Assembly: GCA_963518665.1 (NCBI GenBank)
Contig: CAUQKR010000002.1
Coordinates: forward strand, 27-64,026
From: an uncultured Candidatus Altimarinota bacterium
Lineage (GTDB): Bacteria > Patescibacteriota > Gracilibacteria > BD1-5 > UBA6164
Length of the DNA: 64,000 nucleotides
Direction of reading: 5' to 3'
A program made the translations under genes and the position numbers. The notes below the pieces were generated by a model that had not been told where the DNA came from, made no database searches, and saw nothing but the letters and a program-made list of their open reading frames with translations. Every line of letters starts with the position of its first letter. Positions within the stretch are counted from its first letter, which is position 1. Below are positions 43,560 to 55,306 of the stretch, piece by piece.

Positions 43560-43859
43560 TTAATTTGCTACTCAAGTAGAAGTAGTTCAAGTAGAGCCAG
43601 TATTTGTTTCAACTGTTCCAGTGTTTACTTTTCCTGTAGAAATAGTTATATCACTAGGTTTAATAACATTAGTTTCAGTTGGATTTACAAATTTTTTGAT
43701 TCCTAGTAAACCTTCAGAAAAAATGTTTGCAAATACAAATAAATAGATACCAAACAAAACTAAAACAGTCACAACTGTGATAAAATATTTCCAAGTATCT
43801 TCTTTTGTAGGCCAAACTACATGTTTTAATTCTCTAATAGAATCTTTTATAAATTTCAT
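43560..43859 (-). CDS. secE: preprotein translocase subunit SecE with a Thr/Asn/Gly-rich C-terminal tail (99 aa)
   Basis: MKFIKDSIRELKHVVWPTKEDTWKYFITVVTVLVLFGIYLFVF.... Immediately upstream of nusG. The track ORF extends 9 codons through a TGA to TAA 43562-43560. Confidence 0.88.
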
Positions 43860-44027
43860 AAATTATTTTCGTTAAAAAATATTTAATAATAAAAAAAATG
43901 TTGCACTATAATATCTTGCAACACTTGTCAAGCATATTAGAACTAAAAAAAAAGATAAATCAATTTTTTTTTTGATTTTTTATAAAAATATATTAAAATA
44001 AAAAAAATATTTTTATAAAAAAATTTT

Positions 44028-44510
44028 ATGTTCTATATAATAGTTTTTTTACTTTTTTTAATATTTATTTACTGCAGTTTTGTTATATTTTTTAGAATGA
44101 AACTGAATGAGTTAGAATATTTTTTACAAATTTTATTTAAAAAAAGAAATTATAAAGTTACTTCACTTTATTTCGCAAGTGAAGATTTTTTAACAAAACA
44201 CGATGAGATTTTTAAAGATTTTATAAATTTAAAACAAAAAGACTTTGAAGAAACAAGACTAAATTTTGCTTTTGAAAATAAATTTAATAGCTACAAAAGA
44301 TTTGATGAAGAGTTAAATTTTATTTTCAAAATTTGTGAAACTAATTCTAGATTGAAACAAGATGAAAAATATAATTTTATAAAAGAAGAAATTTTAAAAG
44401 AAACAAAAGAAGCTTGAAAACAGTACAAAATCTATAAAATCAAATTTGACAAATACAAAAAACATCACAAAATTTCAAAATTTTTCTTAGTTTGATTATT
44501 TTTGAAATAA
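44028..44510 (+). CDS. hypothetical membrane protein (160 aa)
   Basis: Track ORF 44028-44417 extended through one TGA to TAA 44508-44510. N- and C-terminal hydrophobic segments. Confidence 0.65.
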
Positions 44511-44540
44511 AAAAAAGACTTTTTTAAAAGTCTTTTTTTT
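44510..44540. terminator. bidirectional terminator
   Basis: aaaaaaagactttttt aaaagtctttttttt. Confidence 0.8.
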
Positions 44541-45480
44541 AACTATTTTTATTTTTTAGTCAAAAATATCAAGCTGGAAGTAATAAAGCTAAAATCAAAA
44601 TAATAAACATTTCAGGTCAAGTTTGAGGAAGTTCTTCTTTTGTTTTTGATAGAGCTTCTACATTTTTCCCTACATTTGAAGAATCAAAATCTTTTGTAAC
44701 CATAACTCTTCCTGTTGAAGTTTCTTCAGTTGTTTTTGTTTCATTATTTTTTGTTTCATCTGCAGAATTTAAGTCTTTTGAAGGTTCTACAGTTACTTCA
44801 TTTTCAGTTTCTATTTCTCCTCATTTAAATTTTGCTTCGCTATCAACTCAAAATTTTATATTATTTCCAGATTTATCATAAATAGCCAAAACAGTTACTT
44901 TATATTCAACATCTTGTGTAGGAGTTGCATCAAGTTCTAGTTCTACTACATTTTTTTTATTTTCCACTGATTTTGTTTCTTTTACTTTTAGATAATCACT
45001 ACTATCTTTTACAGCTTCGATTTTAAACTCCGCATCCTTAAATTTTGAAGAATCTAAATCTTTTGAAAATTCTAAATGTAAAACTTTTTCAGAAATAAGT
45101 TTAGCTTTTGTTATAGAAAAATTTCCAACATTTGAAGTAGAGTTTCCCAAAGTTAATTCTAAAGCTTGACTTTTAAAAACTTGAGCTCAGTTTTCATCCA
45201 TTCAAATAAGGCTTAAATAGTAAGTTTTTCCTGTTTCAAGTCAGCTTAAATTATAAGAATTTGCTTCAATCATATCTGTTTCTCATAGAGATTTTTTAGC
45301 ATTTACCTCATCACTATAAGTAATTTGATAATATTTTGCTTTTGAGTCTTTATCCCAAGATAATTTTGCTCAAGTTGCAGTTTTTGTTTCTATTTTAAAA
45401 CCTTTATCAGCAAAAACTGAAAATGTAATAAAAAACAATGCTACAAAAGTAGCTACTTTTAGAATAATTCCTTTTCTCAT
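44539..45480 (-). CDS. LPXTG-anchored surface protein with FN3-like domain (313 aa)
   Basis: Signal peptide MRKGIILKVATFVALFFITFSVFA. FN3-like segment GFKIETKTATGAKLSWDKD...YYLSL. C-terminus EELPQTG-PEMFIILILALLLPAGYF-GLKNKNS-stop. LPQTG lies at 44631-44617, and its Gly is a TGA codon. Confidence 0.85.
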
Positions 45481-45572
45481 AAAACTTTTTTAAAAAATAA
45501 TTTGATTTATATTTCTATTAAAATAAAATAACACTAATATATTATTTATTTTTTTAAAATAATCAAATTTTT

Positions 45573-46163
45573 ATGAATAATTTTTTAACTAAAAATAAAA
45601 AGGCTTTTACACTTATAGAACTTGTAATAGTTTTAGCTTTGATTGGGCTTTTTTTACTTTTTACAAATCCTTTTAATTTCAATATTTTATCAAATGAACA
45701 AAAATCAGAAATTTTTGCAAATAAAATAATTTCTACTCTAGAAACAAGCAGAGATGAGGCAATAACAGGAAAAGCCTATAGAAAAGATGATTGAAGTTTT
45801 GAAGAAATTTTTTCTACAAATTTAGAATTTGGAAAAAATAAAAAAGTTATTGAAAATAAATATAAAAGAAAAAATAATGAAAAAATTTCTTCTTCATCTA
45901 TAAAACTACCAGATGAATGAGAAATAGAAAAAATTTATTATAATGATAATTCAAATGAAGCAACAAAAATAATTATAGGACTTTATAATAATTGAAAAAT
46001 TGAAATATTTAAAAACTGAGAAAATCTGCCAAAAATAAATTGAAAAATATTTTTTGTAGTAAATTATAAAAATGCTAGAAATAAAATAACTTTTGACCTT
46101 GTAAGCTGACTTGCTATAAAAGAAAAATGTAAAGAAACTTGTGAAATCCCAGATCAAAAATAA
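45573..46163 (+). CDS. minor pilin / pseudopilin-like protein (196 aa)
   Basis: MNNFLTKNKKAFTLIELVIVLALIGLFLL is a prepilin signal. Track ORF extended through TGA to TAA 46161-46163. Confidence 0.8.
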
Positions 46164-46191
46164 AAAACTCTCAAAAATTTGAGAGTTTTTT
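46162..46191. terminator. bidirectional terminator
   Basis: aaaaaactctc aaaaattt gagagtttttt. Confidence 0.8.
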
Positions 46192-46468
46192 AAGCTATAA
46201 TTTTTTCCAAATCAGAAATCCTTAAAACTTCTATTCTATGACGTCTTTTTCTTTCGTCTTCAAGTTTTAATATTTTTTTATTTGCTGTAAGCAAATTTTC
46301 TTTTTGGTTAATAATTTCTTCTGTTGTTGCTTTTACTTCAGCAAACATTTCTGCGCATTTTTCTGCAAAAATAGGATCTAATCAAAGAGATTTTAGTAGA
46401 TCTAATTTTGTTTCATCTACTTCTCTATTTCTATCAAAAGCTGATTCTAAATTTTTTGTTACCACCAT
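46190..46468 (-). CDS. hypothetical small protein (92 aa)
   Basis: ATG 46468, MVVTKNLESAFDRNREVDETKLDLLKSLGLDPIF..., TAA 46192-46190. Confidence 0.6.
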
Positions 46469-46502
46469 TTTTTTATTTCTTAATTATAAGAGACTTTTAG
46501 TC

Positions 46503-46799
46503 TTACATTTCCCCCTTCAAAAAATTTATTTCATTTTTTGTTTCAAAATCAACTTTATTTTTTCTTTCAGTCAAAATTGATTGCTTTATTTTTTCTATTT
46601 CATCTGACATAAGAATCTCTTTTTCTATTTCTATATCAGAATTTATTTTTTTAACTTGAAAAGCAAAATCATCAAAATTTAACAAAAATTTTTGTTTTCT
46701 ATCTTCAGTAAGTAAGAAAAATATTTGATTTATTTCATACCTATCTTTTTCCGAAAACCTATACTTTTCAAATAATTTTTCAAGTCTTGTGTTTATCAT
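46503..46799 (-). CDS. hypothetical small protein (98 aa)
   Basis: Complete ATG..TAA ORF in the track with no TGA. Confidence 0.6.
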   Translation of the reverse strand: MINTRLEKLFEKYRFSEKDRYEINQIFFLLTEDRKQKFLLNFDDFAFQVKKINSDIEIEKEILMSDEIEKIKQSILTERKNKVDFETKNEINFLKGEM

Positions 46800-46889
46800 T
46801 TTTATTACTTCTTATATTTTATCATAAATATTATATTTATACAAAAAAATAATCAAATTTTTTTTATTTTTTTCGAAGTAATTTATTTT

Positions 46890-48221
46890 TTATCATCAAA
46901 GAACAGAAAGTAATTCTTCTAAAGAAGTCTCTCCAAGCAAAACTTTTATAAGTCAATCTTGCTTTATTGGAACCATTCAATCTCAAACTGCTTGAATTTC
47001 AAGCTGAATTTTTGAAGAATTATTTAAAATAAGTTTTTCCAAACCTTCTGTCATTTCCAAAATTTCATAAAATCAAGTTCTTCATTTATATCCTGTACTA
47101 TTACAATGAGGACAACCTCATTCTTTTGCTTTATAAAGATCAATTTTTTCTTTATTTTTAATATATTTTCAAATATTTTTTATAAAAAAATCTCTTACTT
47201 TATCTGAGGCTTCATATTTTTCCTTGCAATGAACACAAAGTTTTCTAGCAAGTCTTTGTGAAATAATCATTCTAAGAGAAGAAGTTATCAAAAGTGGGTC
47301 AATTCCTAGATTTACAATTCTTTGAATAGTATGAACAGCAGAGTTTGTATGGATTGTAGAAAAAACAATATGTCAAGTTATACTTGCTTCAACTGCAAGT
47401 TTTGCAGTTTCTTCGTCTCTTATTTCTCAAACCATTATAATATCTGGATCTTGTCTAAGTAAACTTCTAAGTCCTCTAGCAAAAGTAAAATTTATATCAG
47501 GATTTATTTGTGTATGATTTACTCATTTTATTCTATATTCTACCGGATCTTCAAGTGTAGAAATATTATTTTGCTCTGGATCAAACTGAGATAAAAGTCC
47601 AAAAAGTGTAGTAGATTTTCAAGAACCTGTAGGTCAAACAGCCAAAATCATTCAATAATTATCTTTTAAATGTTTTTCTATTTTTACCATATTATAAGGC
47701 ATTATTCACAAATCTTGAAGTTTTAGTGCATCTGCCTCTTTTTTCAAAATTCTGATAACACATTTTTCTCAATAAATAGTTGGTATAACAGAAACTCTCA
47801 TATCAACTGTTTTTCAAGCAAAAAGTTTATAAGAAATTTTTCAGTCTTGAGGTAACCTATGCTCATCTATTCTCAAAAAAGACATAATTTTTATTCTAGC
47901 CAAAATCGGGTCTTTTTGCAATAAGCTAAAAGATTTATAGTGAACAAAAGCTCAATCTATTCTAAATCTAATCAAAACATCTTTATCGTTTGGCTCTATA
48001 TGAATATCTGAAGCTCTTTTAGTCAAAGCATTCAAAAAAATATCATTTACAAGTCAAATAATAGCAGAATCTTCAGTTTTATTTCCATAATATTTTAAAT
48101 TTAAATCTGAAGATGTAGCTCATTCTTGTTTTGAAACAACTCAAAAAAGCTCATCAACAGATGATTCTGCTTCTGATTCTTTTTTTCAATTTCAAACAAT
48201 TTTTTTCAAATTAAAATCCAT
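46890..48221 (-). CDS. pilB: type IV pilus assembly / type II secretion ATPase, PilB/GspE family (443 aa)
   Basis: Walker A GPTGSGKST (two of its Gly are TGA), [24 protein letters not shown], and the tetracysteine CVHC...CPHC. Confidence 0.92.
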
Positions 48222-48279
48222 CTACAAAATTTAAAATTAAAACTAAAAATATTTTATCATAAATAAAAAAAATAAGCAA

Positions 48280-48314
48280 AAAAATAACTTATTTTTACAT
48301 AAGTTATTTTTTTT
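48280..48314 (-). terminator. intrinsic terminator
   Basis: aaaaaataacttat ttttac ataagttatttttttt. Confidence 0.75.
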
Positions 48315-48315
48315 A

Positions 48316-48534
48316 TTATTTCAATAACATAAATAATCCAAATAAAACCAAAGTACTTATAATTCATAAAACTATTGAAAAAATTACTGCTTTTGTAGAA
48401 ACTTGATTTGCAGGTTTTCATTCCATTTTTAAAAAATATTTAAATGCAAAAAATAATGCATAAAAATTAAAAATTACAGATAAAACTCAACCAATTGCAT
48501 CACTCAAAGATGGAAAAATTTTTTCCAATCACAT
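48316..48534 (-). CDS. small two-TM membrane protein (72 aa from the first ATG; frame stays open to 48624)
   Basis: MGLEKIFPSLSDAIGGVLSVIFNFYALFFAFKYFLKMEGKPANQVSTKAVIFSIVLGIISTLVLFGLFMLLK. The upstream in-frame codons encode another hydrophobic segment (GFWKSFGIVFGAGLLTAFF) but have no ATG. Confidence 0.5.
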
Positions 48535-48611
48535 ATTAAAAAATGCAGTCAAAAGTCCAGCTCCAAAAACTATTCAAAAACTTTTCCAAAATCAGATTTG
48601 TATTTCTCTTT

Positions 48612-48779
48612 TTACAAGTTCTTTTTAATAATATTTGCTACAATTAAAAGAACTAAAACAGCAGAGATAAAAACTCAAGCTCAAATTATATAAAGTAAAT
48701 TAATAGTAGACTCCATATTTTGTATAACAGGGACAGAAGCCTCTTCAACTGTTTCTATATTTCTTGTAAAACCAGCCAT
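48612..48779 (-). CDS. small membrane protein (55 aa)
   Basis: MAGFTRNIETVEEASVPVIQNMESTINLLYIIGAGVFISAVLVLLIVANIIKKNL-stop. Confidence 0.5.
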
Positions 48780-48885
48780 AATATAAATATAATTAAATAA
48801 ATAAAATTTTGCTCTTTCTAGAAAGCTATATATATTACACCATAAAAAAAAAATCAAGTTTTTACTCGACTTTTTTTATTTTTTT

Positions 48886-51186
48886 CTAAATATCTTTTTT
48901 CTCTATCATAGAAATAGCCATCTTTATATCAAAATAATTTATATCATTTCTTCAAATTGACTCAAGTTTTTCTTTTATAGTTTTTAGTTTTTCCAAATCA
49001 ATTCAAACTTCTTCTAAAATAACTTTTTTTATAATTTTTATTTTTTCTAAATCCAAAAATTTTAAAATCTCAAAAAGTTCCATTTGTCAGTTTACATAAA
49101 CTTCAGCTAAATGTCATCAAACTGTAGTCTTTGCCAATCATCTTTTTTCTGAAATCTCTGTCAAAATTTCCTCTAAATTATTCTTTTGATTTGATAATTC
49201 TCTAAAAATTTTTAGTGTTTCAAGAAAAGTTTCTCATTTTTCTCTTTTTATTTTTTCTACAGAATTTTGTCAAACCTTACTTTTAAAAATATTTTTTTCT
49301 CAGATTTTTTTTCTTATAAAAAATTGTAATTCTTTGTTTTCATTTGAAAGTAAATAATTTCTAACTATTGCAATTCTTCATTTTTCTGTAATTCAAAGCA
49401 TCGGATATTTTCAATCAGTTTTATATAAAAATTCTTGAAAAATCAATGCTTCGATTATATTTTTTATCATTTCAGTTGAAAAATCAGCCAAAGCTCAAAA
49501 ATTTTCATAATTATCAAGTCAATATTCTAAAATTTTTTTGTCTTCACTTCCCCACAAAAATTTTGTAATCATTCAAACTCAAAATCTTTCATCAAATTTT
49601 TTCACAGTTTCCAAAACCAAAGAAAAAACTGAATTTTTTACTAAATCCTCTTCTATTTTATCTCATATTTTATTTTTTTCTATACAAAAATCACAAGTTC
49701 AACAATTATCTCATATTTTTCTTACATCTTCTTCATCTCAAAAATATTCTAAAATAAATCTTTTTCTACAGTGAGGATAAAAAAGCAATTTTTTTATTTG
49801 TTCTAGTTTATAATAAGCTTCTTCTTTTAACATATCTTGATGATGCCAATCAACTGGAATAGAATTTTCTCCTACTTTATCTTTCATCAAAATAATTCAT
49901 TTTCAACGAAAATTTCAAAAATTTTCAAAATTTTCTACTCATCTTTTTACAATTCAATATTTTTCTAAAACTCTCAAAATAGATCAAACTCTTAAATCAT
50001 TTTTAATTCAACTTTCTGAAGCCATTATAAAATAAGTTTTCAAAATATTTGTATTCTTTCACTCTGCTAACTTGAAGTCTTTGTATAAATAATTATAAAA
50101 CTGAACAATTTCTTCTTTACTTGGATAAGAATTATCTATAAAAAATTCTTGGATTTTTGTATCTCAAAAAGAAGCCAAAACAACTCAAAAACTATTTTTT
50201 CAGTCTCTTCCAGCTCTTCAAACTTCTTGATAGTAATTTTCTATACTTCCAGGCAAATTATAATGGATAACAAAACGAATATCTTTTTTATCAATTCACA
50301 TTCAAAAAGCATTTGTTGCAACAATAACTTTGTACTCTGAATTCATAAAATTATTTTGAGTTTTTTCCCTATTTTCAGAATTCATTTCTCAAGTATAAAT
50401 TCAGCTTGAAATATTTTTTTCTTGCAAAAAAGTAAAAACTTCCTGACAAGATTTAACCGAAGCACAATAAATAATTCCATTTCCTGGAGTTTTGTCCAAA
50501 ATCTCCAAAAGTTTAGCTTGTTTTTCTTCTCTTTTTGAGATTTCTCTCACTATTATTCAAATATTTTTTCTTTCAAATCAAGTTGTAAAAATATTTGGGT
50601 TTTGAAGTCAAAGTCTATCTATTATATCAGCTCTTACTTTTTTGGTTGCTGTTGCTGTCAAAGCTATAATTGGGAAATTTTTTACTTTTTTTAATTCTTC
50701 CAAAAAACCTCTAATTTTCATATAACTCGGACGAAAGTCATGTCACCATTGGCTTATACAATGAGCCTCATCAATTGCAACCAGAGCTATTTTTACTCTA
50801 GAAATCACTCTCAAAAAATCTTCACTATTTAGCCTTTCTGGAGCAATATAGAGAAATTTTATACTTCAGTCATCTTTTGAAATATCATTCAAAATTATTT
50901 GTCTATCATAATTATCAATTGTAGAATTTATAAAATTTGCTTTTAAAGAAAGTTCATTTAGCTTATCAACTTGATCTTTCATAAGAGAAATAAGTGGAGA
51001 AATGACCAAAACTAATCATTCAAGAATCACTCAAGGAAACTGATAAGTAAGGGATTTTCAACCTCAAGTAGGCATAAAAACAAGAGTGTCTTTTATATCC
51101 AAAACACTCTTTATAATTTCTTTTTGACCTTCTCTAAAACTCGGAAGTCCAAATTTTTGTTGTAAAATATTTTCTAAATCTTGCAT
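48886..51186 (-). CDS. recQ: ATP-dependent DNA helicase RecQ (766 aa)
   Basis: FREGQKEII, MPTGGGKSLTYQ, AIDEAHCISQWGHDFRP, LTATAT, and the zinc-binding HCRK...CGTCDFC. Confidence 0.93.
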
Positions 51187-51248
51187 TTTTCTAAAATTTA
51201 TTTTTTTGAATTATAATTATTTTTTCAAAAAAATAAATTTTATTTTTA

Positions 51249-52694
51249 TTATTTTGTGAAATATTCTCTAAATTTTTCTAAATCTTCAGTAATAAACATA
51301 TTTTTTCTAGTTTTTCCAGTTAATTTTTGTATAAAATAATAAACTGAAGGATTTTCCCAAATTCAAACTTGTTTTCTAAAATTTGAAGTTGTCAATTTTT
51401 CAAAATTTAATCCATTCAATTCAAAAAATTCTAAAACCCTTTGTTTTTGTTCTTCTTCAGAGAATTTTGTAAATCAAAGTTTTTCTCAAAAAGTTCTCAA
51501 ATCTTCTAAAGCCATATTTGAAATAGTTTTTCAGGTAGTTTTTACTACAAATTCATTAAATCTTTCATAAGATTTTCCTAAAGTTTTTTCTGCTAAAACC
51601 TCTCTTGTTATTTTTTTCAAACCAAAATGTTCTAGAGAAAATAAATCTTCTATTCCATTTTTTTTCAAAATATTTTTTAAAAATTCTTTTGTTTCAGATT
51701 CATCAAAAACTTTTACTTCTGGGATATCTGAAAAACCTATTCTTCTAGCAAATTTTTTTATATCTTCTTCTCTAAATTCTCTTGCATATTTTACTCAAAT
51801 ATCAAAGAAAATTTCTTGAATTTCCCTATTTGACCATAAAAGTTTTCTAATTTCTCTAGTTTTTCAAAAACTTTTTAAAGTTTCATAATCATAAATTCCA
51901 TTTTCTCTCAAGAAATTTTTTACATTTTGAATTATATTTATATTTTTATCTTCAAGTAAGTTTTGTAAAATTTTATAAAAATCTTTATAACTTGATGAAG
52001 TTCTTACTCAAGAATTATAAAAATAAGAATAAAGTAATGGATTTTCTCTTACTTTTAAAAACAAAGATTTTGCTTTTCTAAAAGTTTTTTTTGAGCTATT
52101 AACACCATTTTCATCCAAAAATTTCAAAACTTCTTTTTCAAGTTCTATTTTTCACATTTTTGGAAAATTATATTTTTCTAAAATTTTTGTAATATTTTCT
52201 ATAGAAAAATTTACATATTTTCAATTAACTCAATTTTTTTGAAAAAAATATGCAACTCTTTTATTTTCTTGTATTTTTTTTACAAGTTTTCACATTTTTC
52301 CATAGATTAACTCATTTGTATAATTTACTCAATTTTTTCTAAAAAAATCAAAAACTTCAGCTTTTTGTTCTTCCAAACTTATTCTTTTAAATCAATTTTT
52401 TAATAAAAATCTTATAATTTTTTCTTTTGTAAAATTATCTTTATTTTTAAAATGTTTTAAAACAAATTGATTTTCAGAAGCCAAATCAAATACTTCTTCT
52501 CTTGACAACAAAAGCAAATCTAAATTATCTTTTATTCATTTTGATTTTAATTCCTCGATCAAAGCAAAATTTTCATCCAAAATATTTTCTACTTTTGATT
52601 TTGTTTTATTTATCTCATAATTTAATTTTTCGTGAAATTGTTCATTTTCTTCTTTTGAATAATTTTTATCCAAAATAGTTTCAAATTTTTCCAT
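51249..52694 (-). CDS. hypothetical repeat protein with about seven degenerate (F/L)xxxNG(V/I/F/L) helical modules (481 aa)
   Basis: RFLLKNGFK, DFFRKNGVN, YFFQKNGVN, KFLDENGVN, NFLRENGIY, NILKKNGIE, EFFELNGLN spaced about 35-70 aa apart. No signal peptide. Confidence 0.7.
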
Positions 52695-52754
52695 TTTTAA
52701 AATTTTTTACTTAAAATATTTTTATAATTTTAACATATTTTATTTAAAAAAACA

Positions 52755-52785
52755 AAAAATAGCTTTTTTAAAAGCTATTTTTTAA
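52755..52785 (-). terminator. intrinsic terminator after mnmA
   Basis: aaaaatagctttttt aaaagctatttttt. Confidence 0.75.
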
Positions 52786-53837
52786 TCAATCACTCAACTT
52801 ACAACTAAGAAATCATTTCTATCATAAAGAGCAAAAATTTGTCAGCTTGTTATTGCTCTCTGTTTTTCTTCAAATTTTACACAAAATTTTCATTCTTCAT
52901 TTTGAAATAGTTCACATTTTTGGTCTTTTTGTCTGTATCTTATTTTTGCTTTTCCTGAAAATGGCAAAACAAGTTTTTCAGTCAAAAATGAAATATTTTT
53001 TAATTCTAAATAATCATCATAAAGCTCTAAATCACTTGAAGTTCCAACTATAATTTCATTTTTTTCAATATCTTTTTTAACAACAAAAATTGGCTCTTTT
53101 TGTCATCATATATCAAGCCCTTTTCTTTGTCAAATCGTATAATAAAAAACTCATTTATGTTCTCCAAGGATTTTTCCAGAAGTATCTTTTACAAGCCCAG
53201 GTTTTGGTGAAATTTTTTTCTCCAAAAATTTTGTCAAATCGACTTTTCAAACAAAACAAATTCATTGAGAATCCTTTCTTTTTGCATTTGGAAGTCATAT
53301 TTTTTCAGCTATTTCTCTAACCTCAGGTTTCGTCAAATATCAAATTGGGAAAATAGCTTTGCTAAGCTGAAATTGGTTTAATCAAGCCAAAAAATAGCTT
53401 TGGTCTTTATTTTCATCATTTCACTTTTTCAAAAAATATTTTCAGTCTTTTTCTACTATTTGTGCATAGTGTCACATAGCAATATAGTCAAATCAGTGTT
53501 CCAAAGCTTCATCCAAAAAAACTTTAAATTTTACTTCACTATTACACATTATATCAGGATTTGGAGTGATTCATTTTTGATATCATTCATACATATAATC
53601 AAGAACTTTGTGTGCATAATCTTCTCTATAATCAAAAGTAAAAAAAGGAATTTCCAAAAATTCTGCTACTTTTTTTGCTTCAGCTAAATCTTCTTTTGTC
53701 GGACAATATTCTCATTCTGGAGCTAAATAATTTATCATAAATCAAGCAGTTACATCATATCATTGCTCTTTTAGTAAATAAGCAGAAACTGCACTATCAA
53801 CTCATCCAGAAAGTCAAACTAAAACTTTTTTCTTCAT
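52782..53837 (-). CDS. mnmA: tRNA-specific 2-thiouridylase MnmA (351 aa)
   Basis: [29 protein letters not shown] (PP-loop), NPDIMCN, DQSYFL, DSQGICFVG. Confidence 0.94.
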
Positions 53838-54064
53838 CTTTTTTATATAAAAATTTATTTTCTTTAGTATAAATAAAAAATCAAAAAAATCAATAAATAT
53901 TTTTTTAGAGCAAAATTTTAATCAATTTTTGTTCAATTTTTTTGTATTTCAATAAAAACATATTCTAGACTTTTAAGCTATTTTAAGCAAAAAACTGTTG
54001 CATTTCTATTGATTTTATTAAAAAATTCTTTTATTATTTATAATTTGGTGCTTATGATTATAAA

Positions 54065-54166
54065 ATGGAAGAATATAATAAAAAAGCTGAGGAAGCAATA
54101 AGAAAAATGAATGAACAAAGTGAAAGAACACTAAAAGCAATTGAAGAAGTAGAACAAATGAATTAA
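54065..54166 (+). CDS. 33-aa charged helical mini-protein (hypothetical)
   Basis: MEEYNKKAEEAIRKMNEQSERTLKAIEEVEQMN. Preceded by TTGATT-17-TATTAT (54010-54038) and followed at once by a terminator. Confidence 0.35.
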   Translation: MEEYNKKAEEAIRKMNEQSERTLKAIEEVEQMN

Positions 54167-54196
54167 AAAAAGAACTTATTAAAAGTTCTTTTTTTA
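54165..54196. terminator. bidirectional terminator
   Basis: aaaaaaagaactt attaa aagttcttttttt. Confidence 0.8.
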
Positions 54197-55282
54197 ATTT
54201 TCTTCTTTTGAGAAAACTGATTTTTTACATCAAAAATTTTTTTCTAAAATATCATCATATTCATCAGTTTTTTCTGCATATTTTTTTATTTCATCTAGTA
54301 CTTTTTGTCTGTATTTTTCTTCAAAAATTTCTTTTAGCGGAATTCTATATGAAAATAAAATATTATTTTTATAAATACCAAATCTAAAAGGTGAAACATT
54401 TTCTTTCATCAAAAAATTATACAAATCTAATAATTTTTCGTTTCAAATTGTGTTTATTTCAGAAACAAAATACAAATATAAATTATCATAAACAAAGGCT
54501 CTAATTTCAGAACTTCATTTATAAAATCTCCAATATTCAAAGCCATTTCTTGCAATTATTGGATTTATTCAAAGTGATTTTATTGCTTCTTCTACAAATT
54601 CTTGTAAAAATTCAAGTTTTTTTTCTGCAAAAATATTTACATCTATTTTTGCTCAACAGTTTGGACAATAATTTGTTTTTTCTGTAATCAAGTTTCCACA
54701 ACTATTACATTTTAGAGAAAATTTTTCTCTATCTAGTTCTGAAACTTTTTTTAATTCTTCTAAAAGTTCATAATAAGGAATTGCAAAACCAGTATTATCA
54801 GCCTCTGTAAATTTTGAAGTGTTTATTCAAATAAGTTCTCATTTTGGAGTAACAAGTGGGCCTCAACTATTTCCAGGATTTATAGCTGCATCTGTTTGAA
54901 TCATTTTTCTTCAAGCCACAACTTGTTTAGAATTTGAAATAATTCATTCTGTAACTGTAAATCACATTCCAAAAGGATAACCTAAAACAAAAGATTCTGT
55001 TTTTTCAGTTATTTCTAAATCTAAATTTATTTTTACAACTTCAGCTATTTCTATTTTATTTTCTGGAGCAACAAAAGCTATATCTTTTTCTGGGTTTACA
55101 AAAATAACATTTGCAACAAATTTTTCTTCAGAAACATCTTCGATTGCAACTTGACGATTTCCAGCAACAACATGATAATTTGTAACAATTATATCATAAT
55201 CTTTTAAATAAAATCAGCTTCCAGTTCCTTCTGAAGTTATAACTCTAAAAATTGATTTTTTCAAATTTTGTAAATTTTCCAT
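54194..55282 (-). CDS. trypsin-like (S1) serine protease fused to a zinc ribbon and a YbjN/T3SS-chaperone-like C-terminal domain (362 aa)
   Basis: GTGSGFY..TNYHVV (His), EKDIAFV (Asp), DAAINPGNSGGPL (Ser), CNSCGN-x10-CPNCGA, then ...EYWRFYKGSSEIRAFVYDNLYLYFVSEINTIGNEKLLDLYNFLMKENV.... No signal peptide. Confidence 0.85.
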
Positions 55283-55306
55283 ATTAAAATTTTTTATTAT
55301 AAAATA

